Below are positions 19,401 to 28,098 of a stretch of 64,000 nt of DNA, piece by piece. Positions within the stretch are counted from its first letter, which is position 1. Every line of letters starts with the position of its first letter. Source of the DNA: an uncultured Planctomycetales bacterium (GTDB lineage: Bacteria; Omnitrophota; Gorgyraeia; Gygaellales; Profunditerraquicolaceae); assembly GCA_964427405.1 (NCBI GenBank), contig CAYRUB010000007.1:25364-89363 (forward strand). Direction: 5' to 3'. The notes beneath the pieces are model-generated. The model saw only the letters and a program-made list of their open reading frames with translations, did no database searches and was not told the origin of the DNA. The position numbers were made by a program, and so were the translations under genes.

Positions 19401-19519
19401 AAAAAAAAGGCAATCCCCTATTTTCTAGAGAATTGCTTTTAGATTTTGTTATCTAAATTCATACTAACGCCCCTTTTTTCAGGTCGAGTTTATTCTATCG
19501 CTCTATTCTAGTTTTTCAA
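19401..19519 (-). promoter_or_regulatory. promoter / 7-aa mini-ORF / terminator module
   Basis: TTGAAA-16-TAGAAT, RBS, MNLDNKI* (19439-19462), stop codon at the base of a GCAAT..ATTGC stem plus T8. Confidence 0.55.
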
Positions 19520-19615
19520 CTAAAATTATGGTTATTATTGGCATTGTTTCTGACGCGTATTTGTTACGCAATAATATCATCTCCAACGAGTTACGTAGAC
19601 TGTCTACAATCCAAC

Positions 19616-20140
19616 TTACAATCTAAAACTGCCTACAGCGATAAGATACCCTTTAGCCCTCTCAGCGAGCTTATAGCGGTTTACAATATCCCAGAATGCC
19701 TTGCTATGGTCAGGGGCTACTAAATGCGCCAGCTCGTGGATAATAACATAATCCCTTACCCATTGCGGCATACTGCTTATGCGGTGCGAAATACGGATAG
19801 AACCGGTGCGGAAATTGCAGCAGCCGAACCTGGTTTTCTGGCCGGTGACGTATTCAATGGAATTGACTTTAAGTTTATTTTCAAAATAACGCTTATTAAA
19901 TTTTTCTGCCCTGGAGGCGAGATTTTCACTTTTATTCAATTCTTCTTTTAGATGCTTTCGCTCAATTCTGGCTTTAAGCTCAGCAATAACTTCCTGCAAA
20001 CGGATTTCCGGCATGTTTTCCGGAGCCCTGACAACAAGAGTATCCCTTACCAGTCGCGCGCTTACGCTGCGCCTCCTCTTTTTGCTGCGCAATATTTTAA
20101 CCGCGCTTATATTTACTGGCATATTTTTTAAACTCTCCAA
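19616..20140 (-). CDS. M48-like metallopeptidase (DUF45/YgjP family)
   Basis: DYVIIHELAHL..PDHSKAFW. Confidence 0.85.
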   Translation of the reverse strand: MESLKNMPVNISAVKILRSKKRRRSVSARLVRDTLVVRAPENMPEIRLQEVIAELKARIERKHLKEELNKSENLASRAEKFNKRYFENKLKVNSIEYVTGQKTRFGCCNFRTGSIRISHRISSMPQWVRDYVIIHELAHLVAPDHSKAFWDIVNRYKLAERAKGYLIAVGSFRL

Positions 20141-20141
20141 A

Positions 20142-20501
20142 TTAAATTATTTCTTCATCTTCTTTACGCCAGGCAGGATCAACAATACACAAAAACTCCA
20201 AATTTGACTTACCGGTGTTTTTTATATACTGGGTTGAGCTTGGCGGAATATAAATAGCGCAGCCGCTGTTTACCTTTGAAATTTTTTTATCTACATGCAT
20301 TAAACCCGTCCCCTTCAAGATATAATATACTTCTGTTGTTTTAAGCTTGTGGGGATTTGTAATTTTTCCCGGCTTGACTACCGCATGCGCCAGGCTGTAA
20401 CGGAATTTAAAATTACCTTTGTCAACATGCAGGAGTTCGCGTAAAATCGCCTTATCGCCTGAAATAAACTTCGGACAATCCTTTAATTTTTTAATAAACA
20501 T
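20142..20501 (-). CDS. cupin domain protein
   Basis: PH.L.TTEVYYILKG.G, IYIPP...QYIKNTG. Confidence 0.88.
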   Translation of the reverse strand: MFIKKLKDCPKFISGDKAILRELLHVDKGNFKFRYSLAHAVVKPGKITNPHKLKTTEVYYILKGTGLMHVDKKISKVNSGCAIYIPPSSTQYIKNTGKSNLEFLCIVDPAWRKEDEEII

Positions 20502-20505
20502 TTAT

Positions 20506-20850
20506 CTAAGCAGAAATTACTAAAAGGCTTAACAGGAAACTAATAATGCTAAAAAGTATATACCCCCAGAAAGCCGGCCAGAAACCCGTAATCACGAAGC
20601 CTTTGACAATTTTAGAGACAAGAAGAAAAAGAGCTCCGTTGATAAAAAGAGTGAATGCTCCCAAAGTAACGATATTGATCGGCAGTGTAATCAGGATGAT
20701 CAAAGGCCTCAGGAAAGCGTTAATAATCCCTAATATCAAAGCAATCACCAGGACAGTGGCGGTGCTTGAAACTTCTATTCCTTTTACAATGTGCGCGACA
20801 ATAAAAATCGACAGCGAACTAATTCCCCATCTTACTAAAAATTGCATCAT
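20506..20850 (-). CDS. YvlD/phage-holin-like membrane protein
   Basis: LGIINAFLRP..ITLP.NIVTLG.F...ING. Confidence 0.85.
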   Translation of the reverse strand: MMQFLVRWGISSLSIFIVAHIVKGIEVSSTATVLVIALILGIINAFLRPLIILITLPINIVTLGAFTLFINGALFLLVSKIVKGFVITGFWPAFWGYILFSIISFLLSLLVISA

Positions 20851-20851
20851 C

Positions 20852-22192
20852 TTAATCCTCCTTATTTTCCATTTCTTGAGCCAGGTAATCTTTTGTTTCC
20901 GCATGGACAACACTGCTTAAAACAAGCAATGAAATAAGATTCGGCAGGGCCATTAAAGCGTTGGCGATATCCGAAAACGACCAAACAATAGGAACTGTTG
21001 CCACAGAACCAACCATTACCACAACTACCCACAACCAGCGATACGGTTTTATCGCCCCATGGCCAAAGAGGTATTCCGCTGCCTTCTCTCCATAATACGA
21101 CCATCCAAGAATTGTGCTAAAAACAAAGGTTAAGAGCCCGATAGTCAAAACAATCGGCCCAATCATCGGTATCGCGGTAAAAGCTGTTTTAGTAAGCAAG
21201 GCTCCGTCTAAGCCTTTGGTCCAGACATTGGAATTAACCAAAACAAGCCCTGAAACAGCGCAAATTACCACCGTATCCCAGAATGTTCCGGTTGAAGAAA
21301 CCAAGGCCTGCCTGGCAGGATGTTTTGTCTGGGCGGCAGCGGCAACAATCGGCGCGCTTCCTAAACCGGACTCGTTTGAGAAAAGCCCGCGGGCCACACC
21401 GAAACGAACCGCCTCTTTCATCCCCGCGCCAAGAAAACCGCCTATGGCGGCCTGGCCGGTAAAGGCGCTCTTAAAAATCAGCATTATTGTCGCCGGTATC
21501 GTATCAAATTTAAGCGCCAGTATAACCAGACAACCCAAAACATAAAATACCGCCATTAATGGAACAAATTTTTCACAAACTTTGGCAATAGAATGTATCC
21601 CCCCGATTATCACCACTGCCGTGAAAATAGTAATAATTATTCCGGTGATCCAGGGCGAAATATGAAATGTGTCTTTTACAAGCACGGCTATGGAGTTAGC
21701 CTGCACCATATTGCCGATGCCAAATGCCGCGATAGCCGCAAAGAAAGCAAACATTGCCCCCAGCCAGCGGGACTTCATACCCAGCGCCAAGACATACATC
21801 GGGCCGCCGGAGATCATACCCTTCTTTGATTTAATGCGGTATTTCACTGAAAGCAACGCTTCGGCGTATTTGGTAGCGATACCAAAAACACCGGTCAGCC
21901 ACATCCAAAGAACAGCGCCCGGGCCGCCGGCGGCGACAGCCGTGCCGACACCGACAATATTACCTGCGCCGATGGTCGCGGCAAGGGCGGTAGTAAGGGC
22001 TCCGAAATGGCTTATATCTCCCCGGCCTTCTTTTTCTCTTTTAAAAGAAATTTTAATCGCCTTAAAAATATACTTCTGCACAAACCCGAGCCGGAAGGTA
22101 AGAAAAATATGCGTGCCCATCAGCAAAACAAGCATGGGAACGCCCCAGACATAGCCGTCTACAGTATTAAGAAACTTTTCGAATATTTCCAT
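20852..22192 (-). CDS. sodium:alanine symporter (AGCS family)
   Basis: IGAGNIVGV, GGPGAVLWMW, RGLFSNESGLGSAP. Confidence 0.95.
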   Translation of the reverse strand: MEIFEKFLNTVDGYVWGVPMLVLLMGTHIFLTFRLGFVQKYIFKAIKISFKREKEGRGDISHFGALTTALAATIGAGNIVGVGTAVAAGGPGAVLWMWLTGVFGIATKYAEALLSVKYRIKSKKGMISGGPMYVLALGMKSRWLGAMFAFFAAIAAFGIGNMVQANSIAVLVKDTFHISPWITGIIITIFTAVVIIGGIHSIAKVCEKFVPLMAVFYVLGCLVILALKFDTIPATIMLIFKSAFTGQAAIGGFLGAGMKEAVRFGVARGLFSNESGLGSAPIVAAAAQTKHPARQALVSSTGTFWDTVVICAVSGLVLVNSNVWTKGLDGALLTKTAFTAIPMIGPIVLTIGLLTFVFSTILGWSYYGEKAAEYLFGHGAIKPYRWLWVVVVMVGSVATVPIVWSFSDIANALMALPNLISLLVLSSVVHAETKDYLAQEMENKED

Positions 22193-22196
22193 GCTC

Positions 22197-23291
22197 TTAT
22201 TTCAACTCACCGGTTACGTCAATAAAATTTTGATGCCTATCATCTATTGCAAGAGACTTTACAGGAGTCCCCAGCTCAAAATTAAATGCCTTTAATTCCA
22301 CTTTTTTCCAGGCGGTATTTTCATAAGTTTTATAATAAAGAGTCAGGTTTGTCAAATCTTTGATAACTACCCATTGAGCGTATCCTTCCATATGGACAAG
22401 CGGAGCGGGATTTTCTTTAATCGCGCCTTTGGGAATATCGACAACGTTTAAGAGATGCTCTGCCAAATTTATTGCCCCGGAAACACCTTTCACAGGCAAA
22501 GCCGCATCCAGGGAATAGGCAACACGCACAAATCTTGACGGAGGCGTCCAGTCACCAGGCAGACCAAGCAATCCGCTGCCAACGCCGGTAGGCTCTAATT
22601 TCAAGCCGTTAAGCATCCTATCTTTTCTGTCATGCGCGTCTAAATTTATATAATTTCTCAAATTATTGATCTGCCACTGGAAATCCGGCCGGTTAGTCAT
22701 AACCCCGAGCGGATTATCATAAACCTTCACTTCTCCATCAATAAACTCAATAACCAGATTCCTTCCGCTGGCATCGTGCACAGCAATATGCATATATAGC
22801 TGGCCGCCGGCTTCTTTTAAGCTTCTACCTGCAACATTAATTTTAGGTAAAGCTTCTTTCACTTCTTCGACGGTAGCAAAATTTCCCATAATCCATGAAC
22901 CTATATCAGCAATAGTCACAAATTTGCCTGCCTCTGCCGGCTGATACTTTGCGCCTGTAAACATCAACGCGCCAAAAGCCAGCCCCTTTTCATTAAAACC
23001 CTCCACATAACAATTCTTTAGATTATAGGCATCTATGCCCAGAAAACCATATTTATTCATCCAGGATATACCTTTAACACCTTTATCGCCTATGCTGGTA
23101 AACTTCTCTCCGCCAGGGACAATGACAACGTTAGAATGAAGATCAACCGGGAACTCCATGGAGCGGCCGATCACCACCGTGCCGTCTTCGGCCTTAACTT
23201 GAAAATCCGTGCAGGCAAAAGACAGATTAACTCCTAAAGCCAAAAATAAGATTACCGCGATAAAAATTACCCCACTTTGTTTTCTCGTCAT
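22197..23291 (-). CDS. secreted choloylglycine hydrolase / penicillin acylase family Ntn hydrolase
   Basis: Signal peptide then catalytic Cys (A-CTDF), GRSMEF, LPGDWTPPSRFVR. Confidence 0.9.
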   Translation of the reverse strand: MTRKQSGVIFIAVILFLALGVNLSFACTDFQVKAEDGTVVIGRSMEFPVDLHSNVVIVPGGEKFTSIGDKGVKGISWMNKYGFLGIDAYNLKNCYVEGFNEKGLAFGALMFTGAKYQPAEAGKFVTIADIGSWIMGNFATVEEVKEALPKINVAGRSLKEAGGQLYMHIAVHDASGRNLVIEFIDGEVKVYDNPLGVMTNRPDFQWQINNLRNYINLDAHDRKDRMLNGLKLEPTGVGSGLLGLPGDWTPPSRFVRVAYSLDAALPVKGVSGAINLAEHLLNVVDIPKGAIKENPAPLVHMEGYAQWVVIKDLTNLTLYYKTYENTAWKKVELKAFNFELGTPVKSLAIDDRHQNFIDVTGELK

Positions 23292-23310
23292 TTCTCCCCC
23301 ATTCTTCCGG

Positions 23311-23877
23311 CTAACAAACATTTGTTATTTTCAGCCTTTTAACACATTCATCCACGTTCTTCACAAAAGTAACCAGCTCGTTACAACAAGAAACCTTGCA
23401 TTTACTTTTAATTTTCTCGCTAAGCACCGGCTCTTTCTTTAAACAACACAAAGCCGGCTTCCAAAAATCGCCCAGCATAATTATCGGCTTAGGATTGATT
23501 AATCCCTTATTCAGATGTTCAAGCACCGCGGATAATTCTAATAATGTCCCGGTTCCGCCCGGCAGGACAATGAAAGCGTCGGCTTTCTTAAGCATAATAT
23601 CGATGCGCTCAAATAAAGTTTCGGCGACAATCTCTTCATCAATAAATTCATTTGCGCCTTTGTATAAAGGCTTCTCCCATTTATACCAGGTTACCCCAAT
23701 GGTCGAACCTCCGGCAGATTTAGCCCCGCGCGAAATATCCTCCATCGTTCCGCCGAAACCTCCGGAGATTACGGTTAGGCCAATCTGCGCCAACAATTTC
23801 CCCAACCGGACAACCTCCGCCTTTTCTTTCTTGCTTAAATCTTTATAACTGCCAAAAATACAGACTGTTTTAATCAT
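23311..23877 (-). CDS. LOG family nucleotide-binding protein
   Basis: SGGFGGTM, LPGGTGTLLEL. Confidence 0.85.
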   Translation of the reverse strand: MIKTVCIFGSYKDLSKKEKAEVVRLGKLLAQIGLTVISGGFGGTMEDISRGAKSAGGSTIGVTWYKWEKPLYKGANEFIDEEIVAETLFERIDIMLKKADAFIVLPGGTGTLLELSAVLEHLNKGLINPKPIIMLGDFWKPALCCLKKEPVLSEKIKSKCKVSCCNELVTFVKNVDECVKRLKITNVC

Positions 23878-23939
23878 GGGATCCTACATTATTTCAAAAG
23901 ATTAATTTTAAAATGACAATTTAATGAATGGCAACCCCC

Positions 23940-26693
23940 TTAAAACTTCATACGGTAGTAAGCGCGGATAATGTGCTGGGTATCGAGTGTAGTAAGACTG
24001 CCCCCGAAGGGATCCTGGGTATAATCAATACTACTGCTGTTAATATACCCCTCTCCGTATTCCAGGACCAGCTGGGCATCCTTGGAAAAAGAATAATAAA
24101 ACGACGAGAAGAAATTGTGGTGTCCGATCATCTTGTCTTTCCCTGCCTTAAGATTATCGACGTCTTTGAGCATGGAATAAACATATTTCAGGACTATGCC
24201 GATTCTTTCCGTAGGGGTGATCACGAATTCACAGCCGCCGTGGTTCATGTTTTCCGAGTTCTGCCCGGCGAGTTGAAATTCATTGTTGGTATAATCGAAA
24301 TAAATCTGGAACTTATCGGGTATAGGGGTTAATCTTAAGCCAGTCTTATAGATATTATAATAAGGATACGGCGCTTGAGGGAAATATCCCTGGTCGTAGA
24401 GATAGGCGACCTTCTCGCGGTAAAGCTTGCCGTTCTGGGAATACGTCGTCCAGCTGCTGGAATTATATATACCGTTGGGATAACTGCCGTAGGTCAGGTA
24501 ATAATCGTTGGTGATCTCGTATACTCCGTTCAAAGACATCCAATTGAAAAAGGCATATTCCAAGCCCAGTGAACCCGTGACCAGAGAGGGGTCTTCTCCG
24601 TCGGGAACGGCACTATTAAGAAAATATTCACCCGTATCGGAATCATAAAGAAAAGGGTCCACCCCGCCCTTGGTTAGCGGCAGGCAATGGTATATACCCA
24701 GCCCCTTAACGGTCAGCTTGTCGCCTACCTTCAGGGTTATCTCATCCCGCGCGACATTCTCGATGAACTTGCCGTTAACATTATGCACGTTGCGCATGTC
24801 AAAAAGGTTGGTCAGGCTATCCTGATACTGGAACTCTGTGCGAAAACCGACAGTATTCCTGCCGACATCTATGCCGTCTCCAATGCGAGTAGCCCACAAC
24901 TCGTCAAAATTCACCCCCGAACCTGTGCCCCCGCCAAAACGCCCATACGGCTTGCGGAAAGTAAGATAACGGGACCAAAACATATCGTCGCGGGTATTAG
25001 CGAAAGAGGAAAGCTCGGAATTGAAATTCTGGTCCATGTGCGCGCCGTAAAATTTGGTCTTTACCAGGAAATCCTCCTCCTTGTTCTTCCTGATGCCGTC
25101 ATAACCATACTCCACGTCTTTAAGGCTTTCCAGCGGATAACGGTTGACCAGGTTAAAATAATAAGCGTTTCCCCGGGCATCGCTTTTATATTCCGCGTTG
25201 GTCAGGTCGTATCTGGAAAACGAGGTGAGCACCTCACCCTGCAGTTTCAGGCCATCGAATATTTCGTATCCTAAATCCAGGCCGCCGACATAGTTTTCAC
25301 TGTCCAAATCCATACTGCTATCGGTAGTGAAACCGTGACGGGATGTAAAGGTCGCGCCAGCTACCGCCCTTTCACCGAGAGCCTGCTTGAGACGGACGGC
25401 GGCGATAATGTTATCCACCTCGCCGTAATCCTGCCAGAGATGTTTCGGAGTGGCCACAGTCGCGCTGAGAGAAGTAGTCTCCGTAGGCTGGCTGGAAAAA
25501 GAAACCCCGCGCAAGGCAGTCAGATAAGTCCCGCTGCCGTCCTTAGACAAGAAGGCCAGAGAATTGTCATAATAACCCTTGGTGAAATCAACAGGGGTGG
25601 TTCTGGTATTCACGTTGCCTGTCTGATAACGGCGAAGCCAAAGACTGTTCTCCCACCACTTATGGTGATTGGTAATATTCAAAGGGTCATCCGAAGTCAA
25701 GGCCTGATCCTGGTAAGCTATCGGAAACACCCTTACCTTGGTGCTGCCGTTGACATAATCAACCCAAAGTTCCCTGATCGGCTGAAACCCGGTGCTTATC
25801 TTTGTCTCCGGAACAGTTAAAGTATCCGGATAAGGATAAAAATTCCCGGAAACGTCAAAAGAAACGACTTTACCATTAACTATTTTCGCCTCCGGCAAAG
25901 CGAAACTATTGCCGAAAATCCTGGAATAAGCGATCTGGTTGACGGTATACTGGGTGCTCCCGCTGTATAAAAGCTGGAGATCAACTTTATCGTCGTAAGC
26001 AGTGGTAAGAGACATCGTATCGCTTTTCCCCGCGAAACTCCAGGGATCGACAACCAAGTTGGCGTGCACATTGAAACCGTCATCTTTATTGGTAGTATCC
26101 AGATTCAAGTTAAGGCTTTGATAGACATTCTTATTGTAAGTATTAAAACCGTTGTTCAACGCGTCGTAAGACTGCATCCTCCAGTTGCGCTCGTTCAAAT
26201 CGTAGTTGGAACTATTCCAGATGAAGTCGCCGTTGGAACTAACCCCGAAACTCAACTGGGCCTCTCCGCTAATCTTCATCCACTCCGTGGACTGTTTTTT
26301 CTTATCTCCATATCTATCAAGTGGTTTAGTCTCTGTTTTTAAAGGATCCACGGACTGTTCGGTTGCCTGACGGCCGGATTCCTGGCTTTCGAGATCCTTC
26401 AAGACGCTATCAAACGCCTCCTCCCTGGATGCAGCGGAAGGCTTGATTTCCGGATTACCGGAGGAAGCAAAAATCTCATTCACGTATTTCTTGGCGGTTT
26501 GGTTTTCCGGATCGGCAAACAATACTTTTTCAAACTCCGCCAGGGCTTCCTCGTATTTTCCCTGCTTGTAATAATTTATCCCTGATTCACAAAGGTATTC
26601 AACCGCCTGGCCAGAGGCTAAGGCTTGTTCAGTGGAAACGAGCAACAATAACGAACCCACAATGAAAAACACAATCAAAAACTTTCTCAACAT
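23940..26693 (-). CDS. large secreted protein: N-terminal TPR plus probable outer-membrane beta-barrel
   Basis: Signal peptide, TPR (YYKQGKYEEALAEFEKVL..DPEN), Tyr/Gly/Asn-rich amphipathic strands, C-terminal YxxxF. Confidence 0.7.
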   Translation of the reverse strand: MLRKFLIVFFIVGSLLLLVSTEQALASGQAVEYLCESGINYYKQGKYEEALAEFEKVLFADPENQTAKKYVNEIFASSGNPEIKPSAASREEAFDSVLKDLESQESGRQATEQSVDPLKTETKPLDRYGDKKKQSTEWMKISGEAQLSFGVSSNGDFIWNSSNYDLNERNWRMQSYDALNNGFNTYNKNVYQSLNLNLDTTNKDDGFNVHANLVVDPWSFAGKSDTMSLTTAYDDKVDLQLLYSGSTQYTVNQIAYSRIFGNSFALPEAKIVNGKVVSFDVSGNFYPYPDTLTVPETKISTGFQPIRELWVDYVNGSTKVRVFPIAYQDQALTSDDPLNITNHHKWWENSLWLRRYQTGNVNTRTTPVDFTKGYYDNSLAFLSKDGSGTYLTALRGVSFSSQPTETTSLSATVATPKHLWQDYGEVDNIIAAVRLKQALGERAVAGATFTSRHGFTTDSSMDLDSENYVGGLDLGYEIFDGLKLQGEVLTSFSRYDLTNAEYKSDARGNAYYFNLVNRYPLESLKDVEYGYDGIRKNKEEDFLVKTKFYGAHMDQNFNSELSSFANTRDDMFWSRYLTFRKPYGRFGGGTGSGVNFDELWATRIGDGIDVGRNTVGFRTEFQYQDSLTNLFDMRNVHNVNGKFIENVARDEITLKVGDKLTVKGLGIYHCLPLTKGGVDPFLYDSDTGEYFLNSAVPDGEDPSLVTGSLGLEYAFFNWMSLNGVYEITNDYYLTYGSYPNGIYNSSSWTTYSQNGKLYREKVAYLYDQGYFPQAPYPYYNIYKTGLRLTPIPDKFQIYFDYTNNEFQLAGQNSENMNHGGCEFVITPTERIGIVLKYVYSMLKDVDNLKAGKDKMIGHHNFFSSFYYSFSKDAQLVLEYGEGYINSSSIDYTQDPFGGSLTTLDTQHIIRAYYRMKF

Positions 26694-26805
26694 AATGTTA
26701 TGCGTAGACCCCCCGCGCGTAAATATGTGAATATTAAAGGTGAACGATTATTAATAAGTATTATAGTAAATTTACCGACGTTAACAAGAAAAAACTTTTG
26801 CCCCT

Positions 26806-26917
26806 AAAATAAAGGGGACGGTTCTATTTTTCTTGTAATTTTCGCACTCCTCGCGACATTTCATCTTTAAAAATAGAACCGTCCCCTTTATTTAAAATAG
26901 AACCGTCCCCTTTATTT
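26806..26917. repeat. REPIN-like cluster: one inverted and two tandem copies of a ~24-bp repeat
   Basis: AAAATAGAACCGTCCCCTTTATTT at 26869-26893 and 26894-26917; reverse complement at 26806-26831. Confidence 0.9.
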
Positions 26918-27582
26918 TTTGACGGCCTTCCTCTATTTTCCCTTTTGTTATTTATCTGATAATATTCTTGGAGCTTATTGACAAAGGTTTGGCTACCAAT
27001 ATATAATTTATTCTCAAGTAGTTCTGAATTTATTATACTGCTGTCAACCACAAAATCAGCATATTGCCGCTGCCGGGATCTATCAGAATCGGATAAACCA
27101 CAGTAAGCCGGACTTTGAGTAAGAAGACTGTCTGGTATGCCTTTCGCGTAAAGGTTATAACTGGAAAAACGATATTCTGAAGGATGCGTCACTATGCCCG
27201 CCCGGACAGAATTAAGCTCGATGTATTTGCCGCATTGTAATAAATAAGAATCTGCCTCAATGATATTACTTTTAAATCTATCCTGCCATAAATGCCCGCA
27301 ATAACTATAGATCTTTCTATAATAGTAAAAATAGCTTAAATTAACCTGCTTCATAAATCTGGATAACATACTTAGCGAATTAATGAGCAGAACTAAATGA
27401 ACGTGATTATCCATAAGGCAATAGTGTAAGATATTTACCGCATTATAATCTTTCCATTGCCTTAATAAAGTGTAATATTTTAGTTTATCGTTATCACTAT
27501 GAAAAACGTTCTGGCGGTTATTGCCCCTGCAGATAATATGTAGAGCCGCATTAAGTGGAATAACCCTCTTTGTTCTTGGCAT
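26824..27582 (-). mobile_element. REP-associated tyrosine transposase (RAYT, Y1 HUH family)
   Basis: HIICRGNNRQ, YCLMDNHVHL (HUH), LWQDRFKS, YIELNSVRAG (catalytic Y), YRFSSY, RGRPSK tail; flanked by repeats. Confidence 0.92.
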
Positions 27583-27634
27583 AAAACCCTCCTTCTACTG
27601 CTAATAGACGTAAAAGGAGGATAAATCTAACTAG

Positions 27635-27658
27635 AAAAATAGAACCGTCCCCTTTATT
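27635..27658. repeat. REP copy between the RAYT and SnoaL genes
   Basis: AAAAATAGAACCGTCCCCTTTATT. Confidence 0.9.
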
Positions 27659-28040
27659 CCCCTATTTTCTTTTTCTCGTAATGCGCCTGCGCCTTGATTA
27701 CCTTACGATCAGGGCTAAAATAAAAAACCTCAACGGCAATCAAGCTGCCAACACCCCGATACTGGATTGTAATACTGTTTACTCCAGCGCAAACCGTCAT
27801 TAACTCAAAATGTAGATCAGGAGCCATTTCTAATGCCTTAGCCCAATAATCACCCACCGCGTCTTTTCCTTTTAACAGACCAGAAGAGTTGCCGGTAACC
27901 TTAGCGATCATCGGAGAAATCATCTCGAAATCATCACTATAATGAGAAAGAACCTTCGCCAGGTCATGGCTATTCCAGGCGTTAATCCAATCATGGGCAA
28001 AATCCATTGCGAATTTTTCTTCAATCATTATTTTTTGCAC
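27654..28040 (-). CDS. SnoaL-like / NTF2-family protein
   Basis: FA.DWI.AWNSHDL..VLSHYSDDF, GKDAV.DYW..AL...PDLHFEL. Confidence 0.88.
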   Translation of the reverse strand: MQKIMIEEKFAMDFAHDWINAWNSHDLAKVLSHYSDDFEMISPMIAKVTGNSSGLLKGKDAVGDYWAKALEMAPDLHFELMTVCAGVNSITIQYRGVGSLIAVEVFYFSPDRKVIKAQAHYEKKKIGE

Positions 28041-28072
28041 CTTCCGTAGAACCTAAAAACACTTCTATATAA

Positions 28073-28098
28073 AAAAATAGAACCGTCCCCTTTATTTT
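28073..28098. repeat. REP copy touching the helicase stop codon
   Basis: AAAAATAGAACCGTCCCCTTTATTTT. Confidence 0.9.

Noticed and set aside
20506-20850. Prophage, based on the holin-family label
   Set aside because: YvlD-like proteins are common chromosomal membrane proteins, and no phage genes are nearby.
26806-28098. 24-bp repeats as a CRISPR array
   Set aside because: Spacing is irregular (0 to over 700 bp), one copy is inverted, whole genes lie between copies, and there are no cas genes.
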